Origin: Deltaproteobacteria bacterium
Lineage (GTDB): Bacteria; Desulfobacterota; Desulfobacteria; Desulfobacterales; UBA11574
NCBI GenBank assembly: GCA_019313505.1
Contig: JAFDBA010000006.1
Span: forward strand, 1 to 35,279
Direction of reading: 5' to 3'
Length of the DNA stretch: 35,279 nt
The notes beneath the pieces were generated by a model. It worked only from the letters and a program-made list of their open reading frames with translations, was not told the DNA's origin and did not search any database. Position numbers and translations under genes: made by a program. Below, piece by piece: positions 19,213 to 26,252 of this stretch. Numbering within the stretch: the stretch's first letter is position 1; every line of letters begins with the position of its first letter.

Positions 19213-19500
19213 ATGCGAGTCGGTGTTTTAAAAGAGATAAAAACCAAAGAAAACCGAGTTGCCTTGACACCATCAGGGGTTGAACAAATGCGGTTACATG
19301 GACACTAAGTTCTGGTTGAAACCCATGCGGGTGATGGTTCAGCCTTCTCTGATGAAGAATATATAAAGGCCGGTGCGGTAATTTGCAACACTCCGGAAGA
19401 GATTTACCAGAAATGCCAAATGATAATGAAGGTAAAAGAGCCGCTTCCTGTTGAATATCCAATGATACGAAATGAACAGGTTCTGGATTCATTGTTATAA
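19213..19500 (+). pseudogene. ald: alanine dehydrogenase relic (N-terminal ~90 codons only, with an in-frame stop)
   Basis: The translation is MRVGVLKEIKTKENRVALTPSGVEQMRLHGH*VLVETHAGDGSAFSDEEYIKAGAVICNTPEEIYQKCQMIMKVKEPLPVEYPMIRNEQVL... This follows the conserved Ald N-terminus (KEIKxxExRVALTPxGV, GHxVxVExxAGxGSxFxDxxY, VKVKEP). A TAA lies at 19306-19308 where Ald has a sense codon, and homology ends at about 19485 instead of continuing for about 370 codons. An intact AAGGAGG Shine-Dalgarno sequence remains upstream. Confidence 0.8.
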
Positions 19501-19582
19501 TTTAACGTCTCGGAAATTCCACAACCCATCAAAATGGAAAAATGGAAGAAAGGTTATAAAAAGTTTATCCTGTTTATTTTTC

Positions 19583-19611
19583 TTGACAGGCCTTATGACA
19601 TATTTTAAAAA
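19583..19611 (+). promoter_or_regulatory. candidate promoter driving the cobalamin riboswitch leader
   Basis: TTGACA (19583-19588), a 17-nt spacer, then TAAAAA (19606-19611). The aptamer begins about 7 nt downstream. Confidence 0.35.
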
Positions 19612-19617
19612 TTAAAA

Positions 19618-19772
19618 AGGTGCCTATAATGGCTTAATAGGGAATTCCGTGAAAATCGGGAGCGGTCCCGCCGCTGTGACCGGAGACGAAATCTGCCATA
19701 TGCCACTGTTTGGTTTTAACCTTATGGGAAGGTGCAGAGAGTAGGATGAACCGGGAGTCAGAAGACCTGCCT
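19618..19772 (+). promoter_or_regulatory. cobalamin (B12) riboswitch aptamer
   Basis: Conserved core strings are present: AAUAGGGAAUUCCGUGAAAAUCGGGAGCGGUCCCGCCGCUGUGACCGG, GCCACUG, GGGAAGG, and the B12 box AGUCAGAAGACCUGCC (19756-19771). Confidence 0.9.
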
Positions 19773-19848
19773 TAATAAATAACCATATCTCTGCGGTGTT
19801 ACAGAGAGTTATGGTTAAGCAAAAAAAGGGTCAAGGAAGCTGGGTGCA

Positions 19849-19888
19849 GCCCTTCAATCTTTTATCAAAAGATTGAAGGGCTTTTTTA
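19849..19888 (+). terminator. intrinsic terminator forming the riboswitch expression platform
   Basis: A near-perfect 15-bp stem, gcccttcaatctttt (19849-19863) with aaaagattgaagggc (19867-19881), is followed by TTTTTT (19882-19887). It lies between the aptamer and the downstream RBS. Confidence 0.8.
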
Positions 19889-19948
19889 TTTGGGTGTGCA
19901 AATGCATCCTCGGCGGGGCTTAAAACGTTATGAAAGGAGGTGAAAAAA

Positions 19949-20209
19949 ATGAAATCAGGACTAATTATTTATGTTGTTGGCAAAGAACCGGCGAATTGGG
20001 ATGCAGATTCCGATAAAAAAACAATAAAGCAAAACACCCGGGCAGATCTTGTTGAGATAATTACAACCAAAACCGGTCATTTTGACGTGATTGATGCCTG
20101 GTGCTCCCTAATGATCAGGGGTATGAAACGAATTACCTGCATGATAGGAGAGTTTACACCAAACGGCAATCTGGCTATAACAGACCGTGAACTCCGCCTG
20201 TGCGGATAG
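19949..20209 (+). CDS. hypothetical 86-aa protein, B12-riboswitch controlled, no recognisable family
   Basis: The ATG at 19949 lies 8 nt after GGAGG (19936-19940). The track's GTG at 19940 sits inside the Shine-Dalgarno sequence. The protein is MKSGLIIYVVGKEPANWDADSDKKTIKQNTRADLVEIITTKTGHFDVIDAWCSLMIRGMKRITCMIGEFTPNGNLAITDRELRLCG. It has no TM segment and no motif I can place. Confidence 0.6.
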   Translation: MKSGLIIYVVGKEPANWDADSDKKTIKQNTRADLVEIITTKTGHFDVIDAWCSLMIRGMKRITCMIGEFTPNGNLAITDRELRLCG

Positions 20210-20321
20210 CGATAGGGGGCGCTGGAGGATGATCATGATGTTTGAACTTTCCCCCAGCGTCCCACATTTGAGTGAAACCTTTGAGTATGAAAAGGTGATT
20301 TTATGGGCTTTGCTCTGAATT

Positions 20322-21134
20322 CTATGCGCTGCAATAAAGCTCAGGTCTTCTGTTCGGAAGAAAGTATCGCATCCTGTGACTTCGAACCCGGTTCAGTTCT
20401 TCAGCCTTCAGATTTGCTAATATCATCCCTTCCTCGCCGCTTAAATCCTTGTTAATAACTTCGCCGGATGGTCCGATGACCACGGCAATGCCCGGAAAGC
20501 TGAGCCCTTTTTCATTTTCCCCTGTCTGGTTGCATGCGATAATAAACAAGCTGTTATCAAAGGCCCTTGCAGGCAGATGTCGCATCCATGATCGGTATTT
20601 CTCTTCAGGAGTTCCTCTCGGAGATGCATGAGGGATAAAGATCAGATCAGCTCCTTTTGTGGCCATACGTGTGGAAAGCTCGGGAAAGTGTGCATCGTAG
20701 CAAAGCTGGATGCCAAACTTGACTCCGTTTGCATCGAACATAGGAATTTTGTTCCCGGGTGAAAAAACGGTGCGTTCAGGCGGAGATATATGTAACTTTC
20801 GGTAGACACCCACAAACCCGTCAGGTTTTACTACCAGATGACTCGCAAATATACGGCCCTTTTCATCCCTTTCAACCATACCTGCCAGGATGACAATCTT
20901 TTCACATTGAGCCAAATTTAAAAGATACCGACTTGCCGGTCCGGGAACCGGTTCTGCAGCCAAATTTATGTCCTGGTGATTACTGTATCCCGAAATATTC
21001 ATTTCAGGGAAACAAATGATATCGGCGCCTTGATTTTTTGACGATTTGATCCACTTGACCATGCCGTTGAGATTATTGCTAATCTTGTTTACCGTTGAAT
21101 TAGAAACAACAACTGCAATGCGGATATCTTTCAT
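20322..21134 (-). CDS. carbon-nitrogen hydrolase (nitrilase superfamily) protein
   Basis: The Glu-Lys-Cys triad context is visible: ICFPEMNISGY, YRKLHI, and IQLCYDAHFPE. Its start overlaps the stop of the upstream gene (ATGA at 21131-21134). Confidence 0.85.
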   Translation of the reverse strand: MKDIRIAVVVSNSTVNKISNNLNGMVKWIKSSKNQGADIICFPEMNISGYSNHQDINLAAEPVPGPASRYLLNLAQCEKIVILAGMVERDEKGRIFASHLVVKPDGFVGVYRKLHISPPERTVFSPGNKIPMFDANGVKFGIQLCYDAHFPELSTRMATKGADLIFIPHASPRGTPEEKYRSWMRHLPARAFDNSLFIIACNQTGENEKGLSFPGIAVVIGPSGEVINKDLSGEEGMILANLKAEELNRVRSHRMRYFLPNRRPELYCSA

Positions 21135-21586
21135 AGTTCGAAATGAGCCTTTATCTTAAATACCTTCGTGGCCGGCAGGTTGATAATTTCCCTAATTCCT
21201 GTCTGTCGGGAGATATTTTTAAGGTTTTCCTCTATCTCCTTCATGGAGGGTGCAATAAAAGTAAACCAGACGTTATATTTATTATCCCGCTGATAATTAT
21301 GAGTAACTCCCGGATAGCGGTTTACAGCCACAGCAAAGCTTTCGATTTTGTCTTCCGAAACCCTTGCCGCACATAACGTACTGACAAATCCGAGCTTTTC
21401 GGGAACAAAATTCCCGCCTATTCGGCGTATAATGCCCTTTTTTTTTAACAGGCCCAGTCGTTTTATAACATCATTTTCTGAAAAACCGAGATGTTCGGCA
21501 ATTGCAAGATAAGGGCGGGGGGTTATGGGAAAGTCGGATTGAATCAGGTTAAGGATTGCCCTGTCCATATCATCTATTGGCGGCAT
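21131..21586 (-). CDS. Lrp/AsnC-like siroheme decarboxylase subunit homolog (AhbA/AhbB/NirDLGH family)
   Basis: The motifs are ILNLIQSDFPITPRPYLAIAEHLGFSENDVIKRLGLLKKKGIIRRIG..., then KLGFVSTLCAARV and the diagnostic YPGVTHNYQRDNKYNVWFTF. Confidence 0.75.
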   Translation of the reverse strand: MPPIDDMDRAILNLIQSDFPITPRPYLAIAEHLGFSENDVIKRLGLLKKKGIIRRIGGNFVPEKLGFVSTLCAARVSEDKIESFAVAVNRYPGVTHNYQRDNKYNVWFTFIAPSMKEIEENLKNISRQTGIREIINLPATKVFKIKAHFEL

Positions 21587-21589
21587 GGA

Positions 21590-21994
21590 TTATTCCTGAA
21601 ATTTTTCCTTAATAAGACGAACATGTACCTTTCTGGTTCGGGGACCGTCAAATTCACAGAAAAATATTCCCTGCCATGTGCCGAGTACAAGCCGGTTATT
21701 ATCTATGGCAACAAGCTCTGAAGATCCGACAATTGTCGATTTTATATGGGCCGGTGAGTTTCCCTCGAGATGACGATACCCGGCTTCCCACGGTACTATC
21801 CTGTTTATGATCATCAGAATATCATCTTTAACGCTCGGATCGGCACTTTCATTAATGGTTATAGCTGCAGTTGTATGGGGCACATAAAGCATGCAAAGTC
21901 CCTGGCTTATACCTGCAGACATGACCATATCCTGAATCTTTGAAGTAATATCTATCAATTCAGTCCGGGTTTTTGATTTAACTGTACAGATCAT
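21590..21994 (-). CDS. yjbQ: YjbQ/UPF0047 family protein (secondary thiamine-phosphate synthase-type)
   Basis: The motifs are LIDITSKIQDMV..., LYVPHTTAAITINESADPSVKDD, NSPAHIKSTIVGSS, and LGTWQGIFFCEFDGPRTRKV. I place the start at ATG 21994 (MICTVKSK...). The track's TTG at 22027 lies inside the dsrC terminator hairpin. Confidence 0.8.
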   Translation of the reverse strand: MICTVKSKTRTELIDITSKIQDMVMSAGISQGLCMLYVPHTTAAITINESADPSVKDDILMIINRIVPWEAGYRHLEGNSPAHIKSTIVGSSELVAIDNNRLVLGTWQGIFFCEFDGPRTRKVHVRLIKEKFQE

Positions 21995-22010
21995 ACATCC
22001 CCTGCACAAA

Positions 22011-22036
22011 ACAAAAAAGCCCTGCAAATGCAGGAC
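22011..22036 (-). terminator. candidate intrinsic terminator after dsrC
   Basis: The minus strand reads GUCCUGCAUUUGCAGGGCUUUUUUGUUUU: a short stem CCUGC/GCAGG followed by a U-tract. The stem is only 5-6 bp. Confidence 0.4.
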
Positions 22037-22077
22037 TTTTTGTTAAAAACTGATAAAATTAATTACAGTATTTTTGA

Positions 22078-22395
22078 TTAGACGCATCCGGTCGGTTTCG
22101 GAAGACCAGCCATCTTACAAGCTCCTTTGCCGGGTCCTGACGGAAACAGCTCATAAATATGTTTCAGTTTGAAACCGGTGACTTTTGAAAGGATACGGAC
22201 CATGGGGGCAATTCCGTTCTTCTCAAAGTATTCCTGGAGCACTTTGACAACTTTATGGTGCTCATCGGTCAATTCTTCAATTCCTTCTTGAGTTTTTACC
22301 CATTGCACCCACTCTGGACAAAAACTTTCATAGGAATCTATAAAGCCATCTTCATCTACGGTAAATTCCTTTCCCATAAACTCAACTGTTGCCAT
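22078..22395 (-). CDS. dsrC: dissimilatory sulfite reductase gamma subunit-type protein DsrC (TusE/DsrC family)
   Basis: The 105-aa protein ends ...GPGKGACKMAGLPKPTGCV. It has both the penultimate Cys and the Cys 11 residues upstream that distinguish true DsrC from TusE. A strong AAGGAGG Shine-Dalgarno sequence lies upstream. Confidence 0.9.
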   Translation of the reverse strand: MATVEFMGKEFTVDEDGFIDSYESFCPEWVQWVKTQEGIEELTDEHHKVVKVLQEYFEKNGIAPMVRILSKVTGFKLKHIYELFPSGPGKGACKMAGLPKPTGCV

Positions 22396-22552
22396 TTAAC
22401 AAACCTCCTTTATATTTTAATTTTTCTTAATAACCTAAAGCCTGTCACCCTCTTTATTTTATAATCTGAAGATCACTATATGATTAATTTGTTAATGTCA
22501 ATACGAAAAATATAAATATTTTTAAAAATAATTTGATCCTTAATTTACTCTA

Positions 22553-23488
22553 ATGTACCCTAACATTGTGAAACCGAAAATTATAGTAATCTGCGGTCCA
22601 ACCGCTCTGGGAAAGACATCTATTGCAATCGATCTTGCCGGTACTTTTAGCAGCGAGATTATTAATGCGGATTCGATGCAGATATACAGATACATGGATA
22701 TCGGTACAGCCAAGCCGACACCTGATGAGCAGTCGTGCGTTACTCATCATATGATTGATTTGATCGATCCGGACGAACATTTCGATGCCAAACAGTTCGC
22801 GGAAATGGCCCATGAAAAAATCATGGAACTCTATGCCCGTGGCGTTACTCCCTTTGTTGTCGGCGGTACAGGACTTTACATAAAAGCACTTGTGCACGGT
22901 CTGTTTAAGGCAGGTCAGACAGATCCCCATATACGCGGGTGTTTGCAAGAACAAGCCCGGATTTACGGTTCTGATTTCCTTTATCAAAGGTTAAGCCGAA
23001 ATGACCCCGATACCGCAAAAAGAATACACCCCAATGATACTTACAGGATTATTAGGGCTCTTGAAGTACATGAGTTGACAGGAAAGACCATTACTGTATT
23101 TCAACGGGAACACGGGTTTAAAGATAGTCGGTTCAGGGTATTAAAAATAGGCCTTCGTATAAACCGGGAGGCACTTTATGATCGTATTAATTACAGGGCA
23201 GATGCAATGATCGACTCCAAATTTCTTGATGAGGTTAAGACCCTTCTTGGCATGGGATATTCGGACGACCTAAAATCGATGCAGTCAATCGGATATCGTC
23301 ACCTGATCGATTTTATTAAAGGACGATGTTCGTGGGATGAAACCATACGGACATTGAAACGGGATACAAGAAGATATGCAAAACGTCAGTTGACCTGGTT
23401 CAAAGCTGACCCGGAGATTGTATGGAGAGAACCCGGACAGCTAAGAGAAATCCGACAGCTTATAAAAAAATTCTTGCAAGTCGAGTAA
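22553..23488 (+). CDS. miaA: tRNA dimethylallyltransferase
   Basis: It has the P-loop IVICGPTALGKTSIAIDLA, DSMQIYRYMDIGTAKPT, and the C-terminal YAKRQLTWF. Confidence 0.9.
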   Translation: MYPNIVKPKIIVICGPTALGKTSIAIDLAGTFSSEIINADSMQIYRYMDIGTAKPTPDEQSCVTHHMIDLIDPDEHFDAKQFAEMAHEKIMELYARGVTPFVVGGTGLYIKALVHGLFKAGQTDPHIRGCLQEQARIYGSDFLYQRLSRNDPDTAKRIHPNDTYRIIRALEVHELTGKTITVFQREHGFKDSRFRVLKIGLRINREALYDRINYRADAMIDSKFLDEVKTLLGMGYSDDLKSMQSIGYRHLIDFIKGRCSWDETIRTLKRDTRRYAKRQLTWFKADPEIVWREPGQLREIRQLIKKFLQVE

Positions 23489-23497
23489 AGATGTAAC

Positions 23498-23555
23498 AAT
23501 AAATAGATAATGGCTTCATAAAAACCTGACTTTTTACGAAACCGTCAATAAATAG
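23498..23555. repeat. miniature palindromic unit of the TTTTTACGA repeat family, flanked by a 9-bp direct repeat
   Basis: AATAAATAG (23498-23506), then ataatGGCTTCATAAAAAcctgacTTTTTACGAAACCgtc (23507-23546), then AATAAATAG (23547-23555). The right arm is identical to the 3' terminus of the 149-bp elements. Confidence 0.6.
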
Positions 23556-23574
23556 TATAAGTGTTTCCTTTTTT

Positions 23575-23715
23575 GGACACAGACAAACACAGATTGTCAA
23601 GATTTTAAATTAAAACATAATAATATAGGCTGCTGAAAATATTGCTGCTATTTTTAAATCGATTTGTTTCAAAAAAAATAATGTTATCTGTGTATATCTG
23701 TGGAAATCTGTGTCC
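23575..23715. promoter_or_regulatory. inverted arms of phased ATCTGTG repeats upstream of nadE (candidate operator/architectural site)
   Basis: The right arm is ATCTGTGtatATCTGTGgaaATCTGTGtcc (23686-23715): three copies at exactly 10-bp spacing. The left arm, ggaCACAGAcaaaCACAGAT (23575-23594), carries two copies in inverted orientation. The arms bracket about 90 bp of AT-rich DNA and end about 20 bp before the nadE ATG. Confidence 0.4.
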
Positions 23716-23736
23716 TATTTATCTTAATTGCCTGCC

Positions 23737-25392
23737 ATGAAAATAGCGATCGCACAAATCAACCCGATCATCGGTGACTTTAACTACAATTTTGGCAAAA
23801 TTAAATGTTTTGCTGACAAAGCCATTGAACTTAAATGTGATATGGTTATCTTTTCAGAACTCGTAATTTCGGGATATCCACCACGCGATCTTCTTGAAAA
23901 GAACGATTTTGTCGATGCCAATCTTGCCTGTTTAAACAGACTGTTGTCGTCAATACGAGGTATCGGAGTTATATGCGGATTTGTGGATAAAAATTCTGCC
24001 GATAAAGGAAAGCCCCTTTTCAATTCCGCTGTTCATTTTGAAGACGGCAAAATATTGCATAAAGTTTATAAAAGGCTTCTGCCCACATACGATATATTCG
24101 ATGAAAGCCGGTATTTTGAACCCGGCCCGGAAAGTTCACCATACCCTTACAAGGGGCACAGCATAGGACTTACCATTTGCGAAGATGCCTGGAACGACGA
24201 GAATATTTTCAAAAGAAGACTATATTCCACAGATCCTGTGGCACTGATTGTAAAAGCCGGTGCCGATTTAGTTATTAACATATCTGCATCCCCTTTCTAT
24301 GTGGGAACCAAAGAATTCAGGTGGAATATGTTTGGTTCCATGGCCCGAAAATACGGCGTTCCTTTCATATTTGCCAACCAGGTCGGGGGAAATGACAGTA
24401 TTATTTTTGATGGAATAAGCACTGTTTTTGACAAAAACGGAAATGTTGTGGCCAGAGGATGTGATTTTGATGAAGACTTTATTATTTTTGATTCAGAAGC
24501 ACCCGACTCATCCAAAGGTGACCTCCATCTGATTTCAAATTCGGATACAGAATCTATCTTGAAAGCCCTTGTCGTTGGAACCCGTGACTATGTTACAAAG
24601 TGTGGTTTCTCTGAAGTTGTTGTGGGGCTAAGCGGAGGAATAGATTCAGCGCTGACAGCATGTATTGCGGTTAAAGCCCTGGGGCGGGAAAATGTTTCGG
24701 TTGTATTTATGCCATCTCAGTATACTTCAAAAGACAATTTCGAGGATACGGAAAAACTTGCTGAAAACCTCGGCATAGTGCTTACACGGATCCCCATAGA
24801 TGGTATCTTTAAAAAATTTTTAAAGTTTCTTTCACCGTCTTTCAAAAAGAGCGAACCCGGCATCACGGAACAAAATATTCAGGCCAGAATCAGGGGTACA
24901 ATTCTTATGGGTCTGTCAAACAAACATGGCTCCCTTGTACTTTCAACGGGTAATAAGTCTGAGCTGGCCGTCGGCTATTGTACGCTCTATGGTGATATGA
25001 CAGGAGGACTGGCAGTAATTTCAGATGTTCCAAAAACGACCGTTTATGATCTTGCTCGCTTTATAAATCGAGAAAAAGAATATATTCCACAACGGATCAT
25101 CACCAAAGCACCTTCCGCCGAACTCAAACCGGATCAAGCCGATCAGGACGACCTGCCACCTTATGAAATCCTTGATTCTATTTTAAAAGGATACATTGAA
25201 GACTTCAAAGGGGCCGATGAGCTGGTTCAAATGGGGTTTGATAAAGATATTGTAGAAGAGATTATCTTCAAGGTCGACAGAAATGAACACAAGCGATATC
25301 AGGCGGCCCCCGGTCTTAAAGTTACGTCAAAGGCTTTCGGTTATGGCAGAAATTACCCCCTTGTACAAGGATATACAAAAATATCCGTATGA
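23737..25392 (+). CDS. nadE: glutamine-dependent NAD+ synthetase
   Basis: It has an N-terminal CN-hydrolase domain (IFSELVISGYPP, YKRLLP, LTICEDAW) and a C-terminal NAD synthetase PP-loop (VGLSGGIDSA). ATG 23737 (MKIAIAQINP) is preferred over the track's TTG at 23728. Confidence 0.9.
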   Translation: MKIAIAQINPIIGDFNYNFGKIKCFADKAIELKCDMVIFSELVISGYPPRDLLEKNDFVDANLACLNRLLSSIRGIGVICGFVDKNSADKGKPLFNSAVHFEDGKILHKVYKRLLPTYDIFDESRYFEPGPESSPYPYKGHSIGLTICEDAWNDENIFKRRLYSTDPVALIVKAGADLVINISASPFYVGTKEFRWNMFGSMARKYGVPFIFANQVGGNDSIIFDGISTVFDKNGNVVARGCDFDEDFIIFDSEAPDSSKGDLHLISNSDTESILKALVVGTRDYVTKCGFSEVVVGLSGGIDSALTACIAVKALGRENVSVVFMPSQYTSKDNFEDTEKLAENLGIVLTRIPIDGIFKKFLKFLSPSFKKSEPGITEQNIQARIRGTILMGLSNKHGSLVLSTGNKSELAVGYCTLYGDMTGGLAVISDVPKTTVYDLARFINREKEYIPQRIITKAPSAELKPDQADQDDLPPYEILDSILKGYIEDFKGADELVQMGFDKDIVEEIIFKVDRNEHKRYQAAPGLKVTSKAFGYGRNYPLVQGYTKISV

Positions 25393-25403
25393 TCACAAAC
25401 GGT

Positions 25404-26223
25404 TCAATTGGTTGAAAACTTTCCCTGCCACGAATCCCTTTTTTCCAAAGTTTCTTTTATCAGGGCCATATTCTCTGTTTTTTTAAGGGCCCACATGGGA
25501 GCGACAAGTTCTTCAGGGTGTGGATCTCCTGTGAGTCGTTGAATAACCATATTTTTCGGAATATGTTCTAAAAAATCACAAACAAGGTCTGCATATTGCT
25601 GCTGTTCAAGGCACCTGTATTTCCCCGCTGAGTGAAGCTTATCAAGCGTTGTACCCCTGACAACATAGAGAAGGTGAATTTTTATGCCGTCTATTCCCAT
25701 GTCTGAGATAACCCTGGCTGTTTCAAGCAGGTGGGCTTTTTTTTCGTTTGGAAGACCGAGTAGCATGGACTGCTTTTTTAAAACACGTAACGTCATGCCC
25801 GCGATTAATGAAGGCAAGTGTTGAATCATTGGCGGATTGCAGGCCGTATTCGATCCAGACAAGGTAATTGTCCGCATACCCTTGTAACAGCTTCAGAATC
25901 GGTTCATTCACACAATCAGGTCTTGTGCCGATGGATAGACCAACCACATTTTCTATGGCCAGGGCCTGCTCATAAAGATTTTTAAGCCTGTCAAAAGGAC
26001 CATAAGTATTGGAAAATGATTGGAAATAGGCAATGAATTTTTTTGCCTTGTATCGCTTTGAAAGAGCTCTTTTACCCTGAATGATCTGATCGGTCACAGA
26101 AAGTCCTTTTGCATGGGCACCGGATCCGGATCCCCGGGCGTTGCAATATATACATCCTCCTGTTGAAATCGTACCATTCCTGTTCGGACAGGAAAGACCC
26201 GCATCAATGGTTATTTTTTGCAC
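25404..26223 (-). pseudogene. TIGR01212-type radical SAM protein, disrupted (frameshift plus apparent internal deletion; no ATG start)
   Basis: Two overlapping ORFs in different frames (25723..26223 and 25404..25877) together make up one family member. The first reads ITIDAGLSCPNRNGTISTGGCIYC...IEYGLQSANDSTLAFINRGHDVTCFKKAV. The second reads MLLGLPNEKKAHLLETARVISDMGIDGIKIHLLYVVRGT...RLTGD. The frame switch is at about 25765-25772. Confidence 0.7.
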
Positions 26224-26252
26224 TCTGCAACCAAAGATACTTCTCAGATGGT

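Noticed and set aside
19208-19492. A 94-aa minus-strand ORF
   Set aside because: It is antisense to the alanine dehydrogenase relic. The + strand frame has an unmistakable Ald N-terminal sequence and a strong Shine-Dalgarno sequence.
20233-20319. A 27-29-aa ORF (MIMMFELSPSVPHLSETFEYEKVILWALL) next to a GGAGG, downstream of the riboswitch-controlled gene
   Set aside because: It is too short, has no supporting features, and overlaps a GGGGGCGCTGG/CCAGCGTCCC stem that more likely acts as a weak terminator. I cannot tell it from chance without comparative data.
22027-22027. The track's TTG start for the yjbQ ORF, giving an MQGFFVLCRGC N-terminal extension
   Set aside because: The extension is encoded by the dsrC terminator hairpin and U-tract. 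YjbQ homology begins at the internal ATG 21994.
22550-22987. A 145-aa minus-strand ORF opposite miaA, and similarly 26465..26911 opposite mnmG
   Set aside because: These are antisense shadows of well-supported genes. Their translations are Cys/His/Arg-rich nonsense.
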